58,867 bases of DNA from a virus (Duplodnaviria > Caudoviricetes): positions 1-58,867 of IMG/VR virus record IMGVR_UViG_3300049203_000265. One strand, written 5' to 3'. This document shows, in pieces, positions 37,617 to 45,789 of the stretch (position 1 is the first letter of the stretch; each line of letters opens with the position of its first letter). Made by a program: the position numbers and the translations under genes. Under the pieces are notes generated by a model. The model did no database searches. It was not told where the DNA came from and saw nothing but the letters and a program-made list of their open reading frames with translations.

Positions 37617-39242
37617 GTGAAGAGTTTGCTGCTGACCCTCGGCCACAACAGCTCGGCCGTCCTGATGGACGACAACCGTGTGGCTTGGGGCTACGAGACC
37701 GAGCGGATTTCCGGGGCGAAGTCCGACAGCAATTTCCCGGCCCGAGTGCTCGAGCGCCGCCTGTGGTCGAGCGTGGACATGGTCTACGTCACTCACTGGG
37801 CGCCGACCGGCCAGCTGATCGACATGTCGCACAAACACTGGCGGCCGGAGTTCTTCGACGGCATACCCGTGCGGTCGCTCTCTCCGTCGTGCTCGCACCA
37901 CGACACCCACATCGCGGGCGCGATGTGTTACGCCGGCCCGCGCTTCCCCTACGGGCGGAAGACCATCGGCGTGGTGGTCGACGGGTTCGGCATCCTCGGC
38001 GAACACTTCAGCGTGTACCAGCTCGAGGCTCACCAGAAGCCGAGGCTCCTGCGCCGCGTGCACGGCTACGGCACCAGCCTCGGGCTGTGGTATCAGTACG
38101 CCACCGCCTTCATGGGTATGAAGATGCACGAGGACGAGTACAAGCTGCTCGGCTACGAGGCGCATATCCGGGAGGAGGACGCAGAAGACCTCGACCGCCT
38201 GTCCAAGAGCGCCTCGGAGAAGTGGCTCGAGTGGATGGGGCAATCCGTCTACGGGTCCGAGTTCGACCCAGTCTACAACCTCGCCGCGCTCGAGGAGGTC
38301 AAGAAGAAGGTGTTCGGCCAGCTTCTGGCCGTGTGCAAGTACTTCGGCCTCGCCGACCCGTCAGCCGACCTCTCGCGCCGCATCCTGTCGTACTACGTGC
38401 AGAGGGTGCTCGAGCGCGTGGTGGTCGGCCTGATCGACCTCAGCGCGGGCGACTACACCAACATGATCTGCTCGGGCGGTGTGTTCTACAACGTCAAGCT
38501 CAACAAGATCCTTCTCGACCAGGTGGCCGAGCGCGGCGGCCAGATGTGCGTGTACCCTCTGGCGGGCGACCAGGGCTGCGCTCTAGGCCTCTACGCCATC
38601 GACCACCCGGCACTGGAGTTTCCGAAGGACCTGAACTGGGGCGTGCGCGAGCTCTACGACGTCGGCGAGGTCAAGGGCCTCATCGTGTTCGAGAACGAGC
38701 TCGAGGCCGTCGACTACTCGATCCACCGCCTCCGTACCAAGGGCGTGGTGAACCTCGTGCGGGGCGCGATGGAATTCGGGCCTCGCGCCATGTGCAACAC
38801 GTCGACCATCGCCTTGCCCAACCGCAAGGTGGTGCGCAAGATCAACACGGCCAACGAGCGGAACACCGTCATGCCGATGGCTCCGGTCATGAGCGAGACG
38901 CAGTACACGTCGCTCCTCGAGAAGACCCCGCACGTGTGGCGCTCGCACCGCCACATGATAATGGCGATGGAGATGAAGGAGCACCCGTTGGACAACATGC
39001 TGGGCTGCACGCACGAGTACCATCGCCCGACGAAGCACCACACGTGCCGCCCGCAGGTGGTGGGCCCGAGCGACGGAGTCATGACCAAGATGCTGTCGGC
39101 CTTCGGGCACCCGCTCATCAACACCTCTTTCAACTATCACGGCATGCCCATCGCGTTCGACATGCCGTCGATCATACAAAACCACAACATGCAGCACCAG
39201 CGCGACAACGACTTTCACACAGTGGTGATCCAAAATGTCTAA
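37617..39242 (+). CDS. NodU/CmcH-family O-carbamoyltransferase
   Basis: GHNSSA, ER....K, HHDTH, VVDGFG, SGGVFYNVKLN, GDQG, EFGPRA, INTSFNYHGMPI. Confidence 0.92.
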   Translation: MKSLLLTLGHNSSAVLMDDNRVAWGYETERISGAKSDSNFPARVLERRLWSSVDMVYVTHWAPTGQLIDMSHKHWRPEFFDGIPVRSLSPSCSHHDTHIAGAMCYAGPRFPYGRKTIGVVVDGFGILGEHFSVYQLEAHQKPRLLRRVHGYGTSLGLWYQYATAFMGMKMHEDEYKLLGYEAHIREEDAEDLDRLSKSASEKWLEWMGQSVYGSEFDPVYNLAALEEVKKKVFGQLLAVCKYFGLADPSADLSRRILSYYVQRVLERVVVGLIDLSAGDYTNMICSGGVFYNVKLNKILLDQVAERGGQMCVYPLAGDQGCALGLYAIDHPALEFPKDLNWGVRELYDVGEVKGLIVFENELEAVDYSIHRLRTKGVVNLVRGAMEFGPRAMCNTSTIALPNRKVVRKINTANERNTVMPMAPVMSETQYTSLLEKTPHVWRSHRHMIMAMEMKEHPLDNMLGCTHEYHRPTKHHTCRPQVVGPSDGVMTKMLSAFGHPLINTSFNYHGMPIAFDMPSIIQNHNMQHQRDNDFHTVVIQNV

Positions 39243-39696
39243 CATCTCAGCAGAGATCGTCGAGCCAGTCCATTCGACGGACCCCGTCTTCGACGCGATC
39301 TACGACTTCAACGAGATGGTCGTCGGCGTGGCCGTCGACCTGAAGATCAACGGCCTGACCGACGACCAGCGCAAGTGGATGTCGAAGGCTCTCCGCGAGG
39401 AAGCGAAGGAGTTCGACGATGCCGAGGCCGTCATGAGTCATAGCTTCGAAGATTTCGTGGTGGCTCAGGTCGACGCGCTCCTCGACTCCATCTACTTCGC
39501 GGTGGGCGGGCTCAAAAAGATGGGTCTCACCCGTGCCCAGGCCTACGAGTGCATGATGGCAGTGCACCGTGCCAACATGAACAAGAAGCGCGGCGGCAAG
39601 GCCAGCCGTGGCAACTTCGCGGAGGACGCCGTCCGGACGGAGGAATTCGTGCCGCCCGAAGCCGCCATCAAGCGCATCATCTTCGGAGGCATCTGA
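39235..39696 (+). CDS. MazG-like nucleotide pyrophosphohydrolase (putative dCTPase)
   Basis: EEAKEF...VDALLDSIYFAVG...VHRANMNK. Confidence 0.8.
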   Translation: MSNISAEIVEPVHSTDPVFDAIYDFNEMVVGVAVDLKINGLTDDQRKWMSKALREEAKEFDDAEAVMSHSFEDFVVAQVDALLDSIYFAVGGLKKMGLTRAQAYECMMAVHRANMNKKRGGKASRGNFAEDAVRTEEFVPPEAAIKRIIFGGI

Positions 39697-40263
39697 ATGG
39701 CGATCGTACTCGAGGGGCCCGACAACGCCGGCAAGACGACGCTCGCTCAGGCCCTGCAATCCGCCATCCCGTGCCACTACGTGCACGCGGGTGGGCCGCC
39801 CGCGAGTTCCCAGGTCGAGCTCGATTGCCTCGCCAAGCAGCAGGCCCTCTTTCTCGAGCCGGACGCGGTGCTGGACCGCGTCACGTGCGTGAGTCAGTCG
39901 GTGTACAACCCGTCGGAGAGCATGGATCCCATCCGGCGCCACGCCCGCGCCCACATGGTGCACCAGGGCGTGCTGCTCGTGTTCTGCCGGCCGAGCACGG
40001 ACCGACTCATGCGGACCAACGACTTCACCTGGCGGGTGGACGAGCCCGACGAGCTGAAGCAGAAAATCGTGCACAACCAACAGACGTTCGTTATGCGGTA
40101 CGACCACGTCATGGCCGTCACGCCGCACGTGCACTACAACTTCGAAGAGCCGGGCATCGCCACACAGATCGCCGAGATGCTGGTGGACGTGCTGAAGGGG
40201 GACCTCGGAGCCTACAACGCACTGCACCGCATGATGCACATGCGAGGGGGAATCGTCGGATGA
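39697..40263 (+). CDS. dNMP kinase (thymidylate-kinase fold; putative hm-dCMP kinase)
   Basis: IVLEGPDNAGKTT P-loop; LDR...SQSVY. Confidence 0.8.
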   Translation: MAIVLEGPDNAGKTTLAQALQSAIPCHYVHAGGPPASSQVELDCLAKQQALFLEPDAVLDRVTCVSQSVYNPSESMDPIRRHARAHMVHQGVLLVFCRPSTDRLMRTNDFTWRVDEPDELKQKIVHNQQTFVMRYDHVMAVTPHVHYNFEEPGIATQIAEMLVDVLKGDLGAYNALHRMMHMRGGIVG

Positions 40264-41081
40264 AGGTCCTCAATTCCGGCCACAACGCCGTCTCGATGCT
40301 GGCCATGTACCGCATGGCCCTGTCCGGCGTCGAGATCCACGCCCGAGGCACGACGAGCCGCAACGTGCGCAACCTGTGCATCGTGCTGAACCCGCAGGAC
40401 TCGTGCCTCACCTCGTTCGACGCCCGCAAGCTGAACCTCGACTACTGCAAGAAAGAGTGGCTGTGGTATCTGCGGGCGGACAAGTACGACGACTCGATCG
40501 AGAAGCACGCCAGCATGTGGGCCAAGATCAAGCAGCCGGACGGGTCCTACTACAGCAACTACGGCCAGTACCTCTTCGCCCCCGGGCCGGTCGAGAGCGG
40601 CGCCTCGCAGTTCGAGTACTGCGTGCACACGCTGCGGAAGGACCCTGACTCGCGGCGGGCCTCCATTGTTCTGCTCCAGCGGAACCACCTCTTTCCCGAC
40701 AACGCCGACGTGGTGTGCACGTACGCCATCCACTTCTGCATCGAGCTCGGGCGCCTGCACATGACGGTCCACATGCGGAGCAACGACGTGGTGTTCGGCT
40801 TCACCAACGACTCGTTCTGCTTCTGGCAGCTGTACCGCTTCATGTTCGTACTGCTGAAGCTGAAGTACCCCGACCTCAAGTTCGGCACGTACACCCACAC
40901 GGCCAACTCCATGCACGTGTACGACCGGCACTACGAGATGCTGACCAAGATCGACTCGGCCGGCCTGGCTGGCCACACCGACGTCGACGTGCCGATGCCG
41001 ACGGCCAACGAGGTCGCCATCCTGATCAGGTCGAGGGGCGAGGACGGCGAAGGAGCGTACAGTGACTGGCTCAAGGCTTGA
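40260..41081 (+). CDS. thymidylate-synthase-family dCMP hydroxymethylase
   Basis: SNYG, DSRRA, catalytic DVVCT, MRSNDVVFGFTND (Asp at the TS Asn specificity site, as in T4 gp42), SMHVYDRH. Confidence 0.85.
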   Translation: MKVLNSGHNAVSMLAMYRMALSGVEIHARGTTSRNVRNLCIVLNPQDSCLTSFDARKLNLDYCKKEWLWYLRADKYDDSIEKHASMWAKIKQPDGSYYSNYGQYLFAPGPVESGASQFEYCVHTLRKDPDSRRASIVLLQRNHLFPDNADVVCTYAIHFCIELGRLHMTVHMRSNDVVFGFTNDSFCFWQLYRFMFVLLKLKYPDLKFGTYTHTANSMHVYDRHYEMLTKIDSAGLAGHTDVDVPMPTANEVAILIRSRGEDGEGAYSDWLKA

Positions 41082-41634
41082 CGTCGATGAGTATTTCCTC
41101 CTTATGGCGGAGCTTGTGGCACGACGCTCCACGTGCTCGCGCCGAAGCGTTGGCTGCGTACTCGTCAGCGCTAGCAACCACGTTCTCGCCACCGGATACA
41201 ACGGCGTTCACAAGGGCGCTGATCACTGCACTGAGGTACCGTGCGCAGGTGCATCGCTCCCGTCCGGCACGGGTCTCGACAAGTGCGAGGCTGTCCACGC
41301 GGAGCAGAACGCGATCATTCAGTGCCATGACACCGAGGCTATCCACACGGCTTACGTCACGGCTCGGCCCTGCGTGTTCTGCATGCGGATGCTCGCGAAC
41401 ACGAGTGTTCGACGAATCGTCTACCTAGAGGAGTACCCCCATGTCGAGACAGAACGGATCGCCCGAGTCCGAGAAATCGAGCTCGCCCACCGCCCTCGGA
41501 CCGGTGGCCCAGACGTTCCAGCACTGTGTGGACCAGTACGGGCTGATCGGGACGGCGCAGTGCAAATTGGTGTGGTACCACGCGAGTCTCCAGATGTACA
41601 ACCTGATGGTCGACGTGCTGCGGACGAACCCTGA
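41062..41634 (+). CDS. dCMP deaminase
   Basis: RSTC.RR.VG, TGYNG, HAEQNA, PCVFC zinc motifs. Confidence 0.9.
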   Translation: MTGSRLDVDEYFLLMAELVARRSTCSRRSVGCVLVSASNHVLATGYNGVHKGADHCTEVPCAGASLPSGTGLDKCEAVHAEQNAIIQCHDTEAIHTAYVTARPCVFCMRMLANTSVRRIVYLEEYPHVETERIARVREIELAHRPRTGGPDVPALCGPVRADRDGAVQIGVVPRESPDVQPDGRRAADEP

Positions 41635-41698
41635 GGTCATCGCGGCCGTCACGGCCGCGGTCAAGCACGACATCGACAAGTACTTCGAGGACCAGTAA
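41441..41698 (+). CDS. hypothetical protein overlapping the deaminase 3' end
   Basis: GAGGAG RBS; phage-typical codon usage in this frame. Confidence 0.6.
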   Translation: MSRQNGSPESEKSSSPTALGPVAQTFQHCVDQYGLIGTAQCKLVWYHASLQMYNLMVDVLRTNPEVIAAVTAAVKHDIDKYFEDQ

Positions 41699-41708
41699 GT
41701 CCGCCACT

Positions 41709-41749
41709 GATCAAATACGTTTACAAGGGGCGCCGGGACGGCGTACAAT
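41709..41749 (+). promoter_or_regulatory. promoter GATCAAA-N4-TTTACA-N18-TACAAT
   Basis: Repeated motif; ligase ATG 6 nt downstream. Confidence 0.75.
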
Positions 41750-41755
41750 AGACAT

Positions 41756-42835
41756 ATGGACGAGATCCGACTATTCCGGAAGAACCAGCTGGGCATCGGG
41801 ACCTGGCGCATCTGGGCCGAGGACGTGCGGCCCGACCAGGCTCACCTCTGCTACGCGCACGCCGTCACCGAGGGCGGGACCGAGGTACCGCACCGTGACA
41901 CGATCGTCATGAACGGGTCGGGGCGGAACATCGAGGAGCAGCTCAGGCTCGAGCGGGACTCGCGCGTGCGCCGCATGATGGATAAGGGGTATAAGCCCAC
42001 CCGCGACGAAGCCCTGCTCGGCGCCACCAACCAGCTCGGGCTGCTGAACCCGATGCTGGCCCAGACCATCGAGAAGGTGGCGTCGTTCGAGTTCGAGGGC
42101 GTCTTCGTGCAGCCAAAGCTGGACGGTCACCGCTGCATGATCACCAACCAGGGCGGTAACATCTTCGCGTACACGCGCAAGGGCCGGCCCATCGAGACGA
42201 TCCCCCACGTGCTGAACCAGTTCGGCTGGCTGCTCGAGGGCAAGACCGTGGACGGCGAACTGTACATCCACGGCGAGAAGCTGCAGACCATCAGCAGCCT
42301 CATCAAGCGGGCCCAGCCGAGGAGCTCCGAACTGCGCTTTCACTGGTACGACTGGATCTCGCCGCGCCCGTTCATCGCGAGGTGGGCCGAGATGAAGCAG
42401 GCCTATGCCACGAAGAAACCGGAATTCGTGGACCTCGTGCCGACGGTCGAGGTGTACAGTATGGAGGACGTGTACAGCCACTTCAAGGTGCACCGCGCAT
42501 CGGGCTACGAGGGTACCATGGTGCGGAGGTCGGTCGCGGGCTACGAGGCCAATTACCGCTCGCCCCAACTGTTGAAGGTCAAGGAGCGGCACGACTGCGA
42601 GGTCACCGTACTCGGCGGCAGGCCGTCGCGCGAGGGCTGGGCCATCCTGCAGGTGCGGATGGACAGTGGTAAGACGTTCGACGTGAGCGCGCCGGGGTCG
42701 GTCATCGAGAAGACGAAGGTCCTCGCCGAGATTCCGAAGTACGTCGGGCGGCGCCTGACGATCGAGTACGCCCACCTGACCAACGACGGCATCCCGTTCC
42801 ACGCCGTCGCGCTCCGGTGGAGGGAGGATCTGTGA
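41756..42835 (+). CDS. lig: ATP-dependent DNA ligase
   Basis: QPKLDGHRC, DGELY, YEGTMVR, LLKVK, GIPFH. Confidence 0.92.
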   Translation: MDEIRLFRKNQLGIGTWRIWAEDVRPDQAHLCYAHAVTEGGTEVPHRDTIVMNGSGRNIEEQLRLERDSRVRRMMDKGYKPTRDEALLGATNQLGLLNPMLAQTIEKVASFEFEGVFVQPKLDGHRCMITNQGGNIFAYTRKGRPIETIPHVLNQFGWLLEGKTVDGELYIHGEKLQTISSLIKRAQPRSSELRFHWYDWISPRPFIARWAEMKQAYATKKPEFVDLVPTVEVYSMEDVYSHFKVHRASGYEGTMVRRSVAGYEANYRSPQLLKVKERHDCEVTVLGGRPSREGWAILQVRMDSGKTFDVSAPGSVIEKTKVLAEIPKYVGRRLTIEYAHLTNDGIPFHAVALRWREDL

Positions 42836-43062
42836 GCCCCATCGAGCACTCATCGAACAACATCGTCATGAAGGCGCCGGAGGACATGCCCGACTGCATC
42901 GACCTTCTAGCCACCCGGTTGGAGGTCGACGGCTACCACGTCATCCAATCGTACTGGCAACCGTCCGAGCACGAGCTCAAACTGCTCGCGGCCGGCAAGC
43001 CGGTCATGCTGAGCATCTTCGGTCGCTCGATGTCCCCTGTCTGGATCACCGTTCCCGAATAG
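42832..43062 (+). CDS. hypothetical protein
   Basis: S.W.PS..E...L..G..V.L pattern; GGAGG RBS. Confidence 0.65.
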   Translation: MSPIEHSSNNIVMKAPEDMPDCIDLLATRLEVDGYHVIQSYWQPSEHELKLLAAGKPVMLSIFGRSMSPVWITVPE

Positions 43063-43108
43063 CCCCGGGGAGAGGGTAGGATCAAAATTTGTAACACCGC
43101 GTAACACA

Positions 43109-43339
43109 ATGACCTACGAATCCGACGAGATGGTCGGGCGCGCGTTCGGCCGCCTCACCGCGGTGGCTCGCGTCGGGAGCGACAAGTGGAAATCTGCCCT
43201 GTGGCTGTGCAGGTGCAGGTGCGGAAGAGAGACCACAGCCTCCGCGAGCAAGTTGGTTCGGGGCGAGCGGAAGTCGTGCGGGTGTCTAAAACTCGAATCA
43301 ATCGCGTACATCAACGCAGACCGAAGGGGGTCGACATGA
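43109..43339 (+). CDS. truncated homing-endonuclease-associated Cys domain
   Basis: G..FGRLT...WLCRCRCG...L..G..KSCGC with no nuclease domain following. Confidence 0.65.
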   Translation: MTYESDEMVGRAFGRLTAVARVGSDKWKSALWLCRCRCGRETTASASKLVRGERKSCGCLKLESIAYINADRRGST

Positions 43340-43755
43340 AAGCGTACGTACTGGGGTTCGCCTTCGACGACGTGGGCCGGGTGGTGCTCATGCGCAAGAA
43401 CCGTCCCGACTGGCAGAAGGGCCGTTGGAACGGCGTGGGTGGGCTCATCGAGGGCGGTGAGACACCGCAGGTGGCCATGGCCCGCGAGTTCAAGGAGGAG
43501 ACCGGCGTAGACGTGCACCCGGCCCACTGGACGAAGATCGGCAACATGGTCGGCACCGTGGGATGGTTCGTGCACGTGTATACCACGAAGGGCGTTGCCG
43601 TGCGGGACTGCCACACGTGCACCGACGAAGAGGTGAGCCACTTCGTGCCCTGGAAGCTCCCGGAAGGCATGATTCCGAACCTGCCGGCGATGATCAGCAT
43701 CGCGCAGATCGCCGAGGGCGACGAGCGGCCAGAGTTCGTGTTCAGTTACCGTTGA
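43336..43755 (+). CDS. Nudix hydrolase
   Basis: Nudix box GGLIEGGETPQVAMAREFKEETG. Confidence 0.9.
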   Translation: MKAYVLGFAFDDVGRVVLMRKNRPDWQKGRWNGVGGLIEGGETPQVAMAREFKEETGVDVHPAHWTKIGNMVGTVGWFVHVYTTKGVAVRDCHTCTDEEVSHFVPWKLPEGMIPNLPAMISIAQIAEGDERPEFVFSYR

Positions 43756-43793
43756 TCAAACTGGTGTACTTCCGAGCTCGGACGTGTTATAGT
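43754..43793 (+). promoter_or_regulatory. promoter GATCAAA-N4-TGTACT-N17-TATAGT
   Basis: Repeated motif. Confidence 0.7.
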
Positions 43794-43801
43794 AGCTACA
43801 A

Positions 43802-43999
43802 ATGACTAAAGCGCGCACCTCCGACCGTGACGGGGCAGCGGTACTCCGGGCGCCCCGCGCGCCTCTTGATACAAGGCGCCCGGAGCCCCAACAGATCTGT
43901 AAGGACCTCGACGGAGACTGCGACGAGGTCGCCGACAAAGTCAAGTGCTGGCTGTACATGCCGTGCCGCGGTATGTGCCCGTACCTGCGAAGCCGCTGA
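43802..43999 (+). CDS. small Cys-rich protein
   Basis: Directly after a promoter; five Cys. Confidence 0.55.
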   Translation: MTKARTSDRDGAAVLRAPRAPLDTRRPEPQQICKDLDGDCDEVADKVKCWLYMPCRGMCPYLRSR

Positions 44000-44490
44000 T
44001 GGACAGCTACATAAAAGCGTACGTGCGAGTGCACGTGCACATCGACGCCGGCGCCAGGGTCTGGTGCAAGGGCGAGCAGCTCAAGGTCCACACCTCCGGG
44101 GACGGCACTCTCAAGGTGGTGCTGCCGATCTCGAAGATCCTCTTCAGCTTCGACGACCTGAAGCGCATGGGAGCCCGGTGCGATGTCCAGACGCTCAAAA
44201 CACTCGCGATGGCCGGCGCCGACGCGCGATGGTCTGACGAGCAGGTGGCGCGGCGCGAGAACGGACTTCCGAAGAACGTCTATGTCGCGAATGCACGGAC
44301 CATCCAGCTGGCCATCGCGGCCGGCAAACCTGCCCCGCCCGCGCGCTTCCTGGCGCGCAAGCGAGACCGCATGACGGACGTGTACGCCACCGCCGACGAG
44401 GCCGTTCTGGCCATGCACGAGGAGCGGTGGCGCACGAAGTTCAGCAAGGGACAGTTCGCCAAGACGGGCTACGTGGAGAAAAAGCGATGA
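43999..44490 (+). CDS. hypothetical protein
   Basis: TGATG coupling; codon usage. Confidence 0.65.
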   Translation: MDSYIKAYVRVHVHIDAGARVWCKGEQLKVHTSGDGTLKVVLPISKILFSFDDLKRMGARCDVQTLKTLAMAGADARWSDEQVARRENGLPKNVYVANARTIQLAIAAGKPAPPARFLARKRDRMTDVYATADEAVLAMHEERWRTKFSKGQFAKTGYVEKKR

Positions 44491-44705
44491 GGATCCCCCG
44501 AGCGGTCGCGCACCCGGTCAGGAGCGCGAAGCTACTGTTCAGGCACCTGTACGTGGCGTGGAACTACGCCATGGACCTGCAGCACTTCCGCGCCCTCAGG
44601 CAGCAGAACATGCTGACCGAGCGCGAGCGCAGGTGCTGGGTCGGCCGGCTCGAGACGTGGGAGACCTCGCTCGAGGCCGTCCGCTTCGAGTGGAGGCACC
44701 TGTGA
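44487..44705 (+). CDS. hypothetical protein
   Basis: ATGA overlap; GGAG RBS. Confidence 0.6.
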   Translation: MRIPRAVAHPVRSAKLLFRHLYVAWNYAMDLQHFRALRQQNMLTERERRCWVGRLETWETSLEAVRFEWRHL

Positions 44706-45148
44706 CGGAGTACCTCGTCCTGCACAAACTCGGCAACATGTCGGGTATCTCGGTCGAGCCGGCCGGCGGCACGTACGAGCACCCCACGGAGTGCTGGGCC
44801 CTCGACACCGGCAAGAAGGTGATGTACGCGCGGCGCCGCATCGTGGGCGACCTCGCGACGTTCCACCTCGGCGGCACGTTCGAGTCCAGGGCCCGGTACG
44901 TGATGCCGTACGACGAGCTGTACGCGGTGCTCACGGAGCGCATGGGGCCCTGCGACCGCGTCAAGTACCTTCTGGTCAGGGAGCGCGCGGCACAGACGCC
45001 GTACGTCGGCCTCCGGTCGAGGGGCGAGTTCGCCAGCCGGTCCGCGGACCTGCTACTGTTCACGGTCGGCAAGGCCCTGAAGTTCCTGACGATCGTGCTG
45101 CTCTTCCCCTTCCTGATCATGTGGTTCAACAAGAGGACGCGCCGTTGA
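44702..45148 (+). CDS. hypothetical protein with C-terminal membrane anchor
   Basis: GGAGG RBS; FLTIVLLFPFLIMWF followed by KRTRR. Confidence 0.6.
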   Translation: MTEYLVLHKLGNMSGISVEPAGGTYEHPTECWALDTGKKVMYARRRIVGDLATFHLGGTFESRARYVMPYDELYAVLTERMGPCDRVKYLLVRERAAQTPYVGLRSRGEFASRSADLLLFTVGKALKFLTIVLLFPFLIMWFNKRTRR

Positions 45149-45156
45149 ACGACCTC

Positions 45157-45197
45157 GATCGAAACGTTGTACATCCGGGGCAGGGGCGGTGTACAAT
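45157..45197 (+). promoter_or_regulatory. promoter GATCGAA-N4-TGTACA-N18-TACAAT
   Basis: Repeated motif; would drive the HTH gene and the ncRNA. Confidence 0.75.
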
Positions 45198-45280
45198 ATG
45201 AACTGCAAATCGCTAATGAGGCGTCGCCCACAGCCGCTTTAGCGATCCTCCAGCAAGTGGGCATTTTCCAGGAGAAAGAA

Positions 45281-45784
45281 ATGACCGAAGCAACCCAAAC
45301 CGCCGACGCCGCGGGCGAGGCCCGCAAGCGCGCGGCCGCATCGAACTTCCTCGCCATCGTGCGCGGCCGCCTGCCGCTGATCTTCGTGCACGCCATCCGC
45401 TTCGACGAGGTGGTTTCGAAGATGGGCAACAAGGACGCCGCCGCCAAGTTCGGCACGTCCGTCGGCAAGGTGTTCGACATCCGCAAGGGCCGCAACTTCT
45501 CGTACGTCGACCAGGGCTTCAAGCCGAACGCCGACGACGTGGCCCAGGCCAAGTCGTGGGCCGAGCAGGTCGGCGCGCAGAACGCCAAGGGGCTGACTGC
45601 CAGCGGCGACAAGGACCTGATGCTGAAGATCGTGGGCGAGTACGAGGCGCGCGGCCTCGGGACCGGTGCACAGCGCCCGGCCCGCACGCCCGGCGAGAAA
45701 CAGCCCGCAGCGGCGGCCGCGGGTGCCGGTGGTGAACAGACGCAGGCGGCGGGTGCCAACACCGCCGACGCGCTCCTGAGCTGA
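45281..45784 (+). CDS. HTH-like nucleic-acid-binding protein
   Basis: AGGAGA RBS; NKDAAAKFGTSVGKVFDIRKGRNF; very biased codon usage. Confidence 0.7.
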   Translation: MTEATQTADAAGEARKRAAASNFLAIVRGRLPLIFVHAIRFDEVVSKMGNKDAAAKFGTSVGKVFDIRKGRNFSYVDQGFKPNADDVAQAKSWAEQVGAQNAKGLTASGDKDLMLKIVGEYEARGLGTGAQRPARTPGEKQPAAAAAGAGGEQTQAAGANTADALLS

Positions 45785-45789
45785 ACACG

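Noticed and set aside
40260-41081. Ordinary thymidylate synthase or dUMP hydroxymethylase (hmU pathway suggested by the adjacent deaminase)
   Set aside because: The specificity residue is Asp in a T4 gp42-like motif, favouring dCMP
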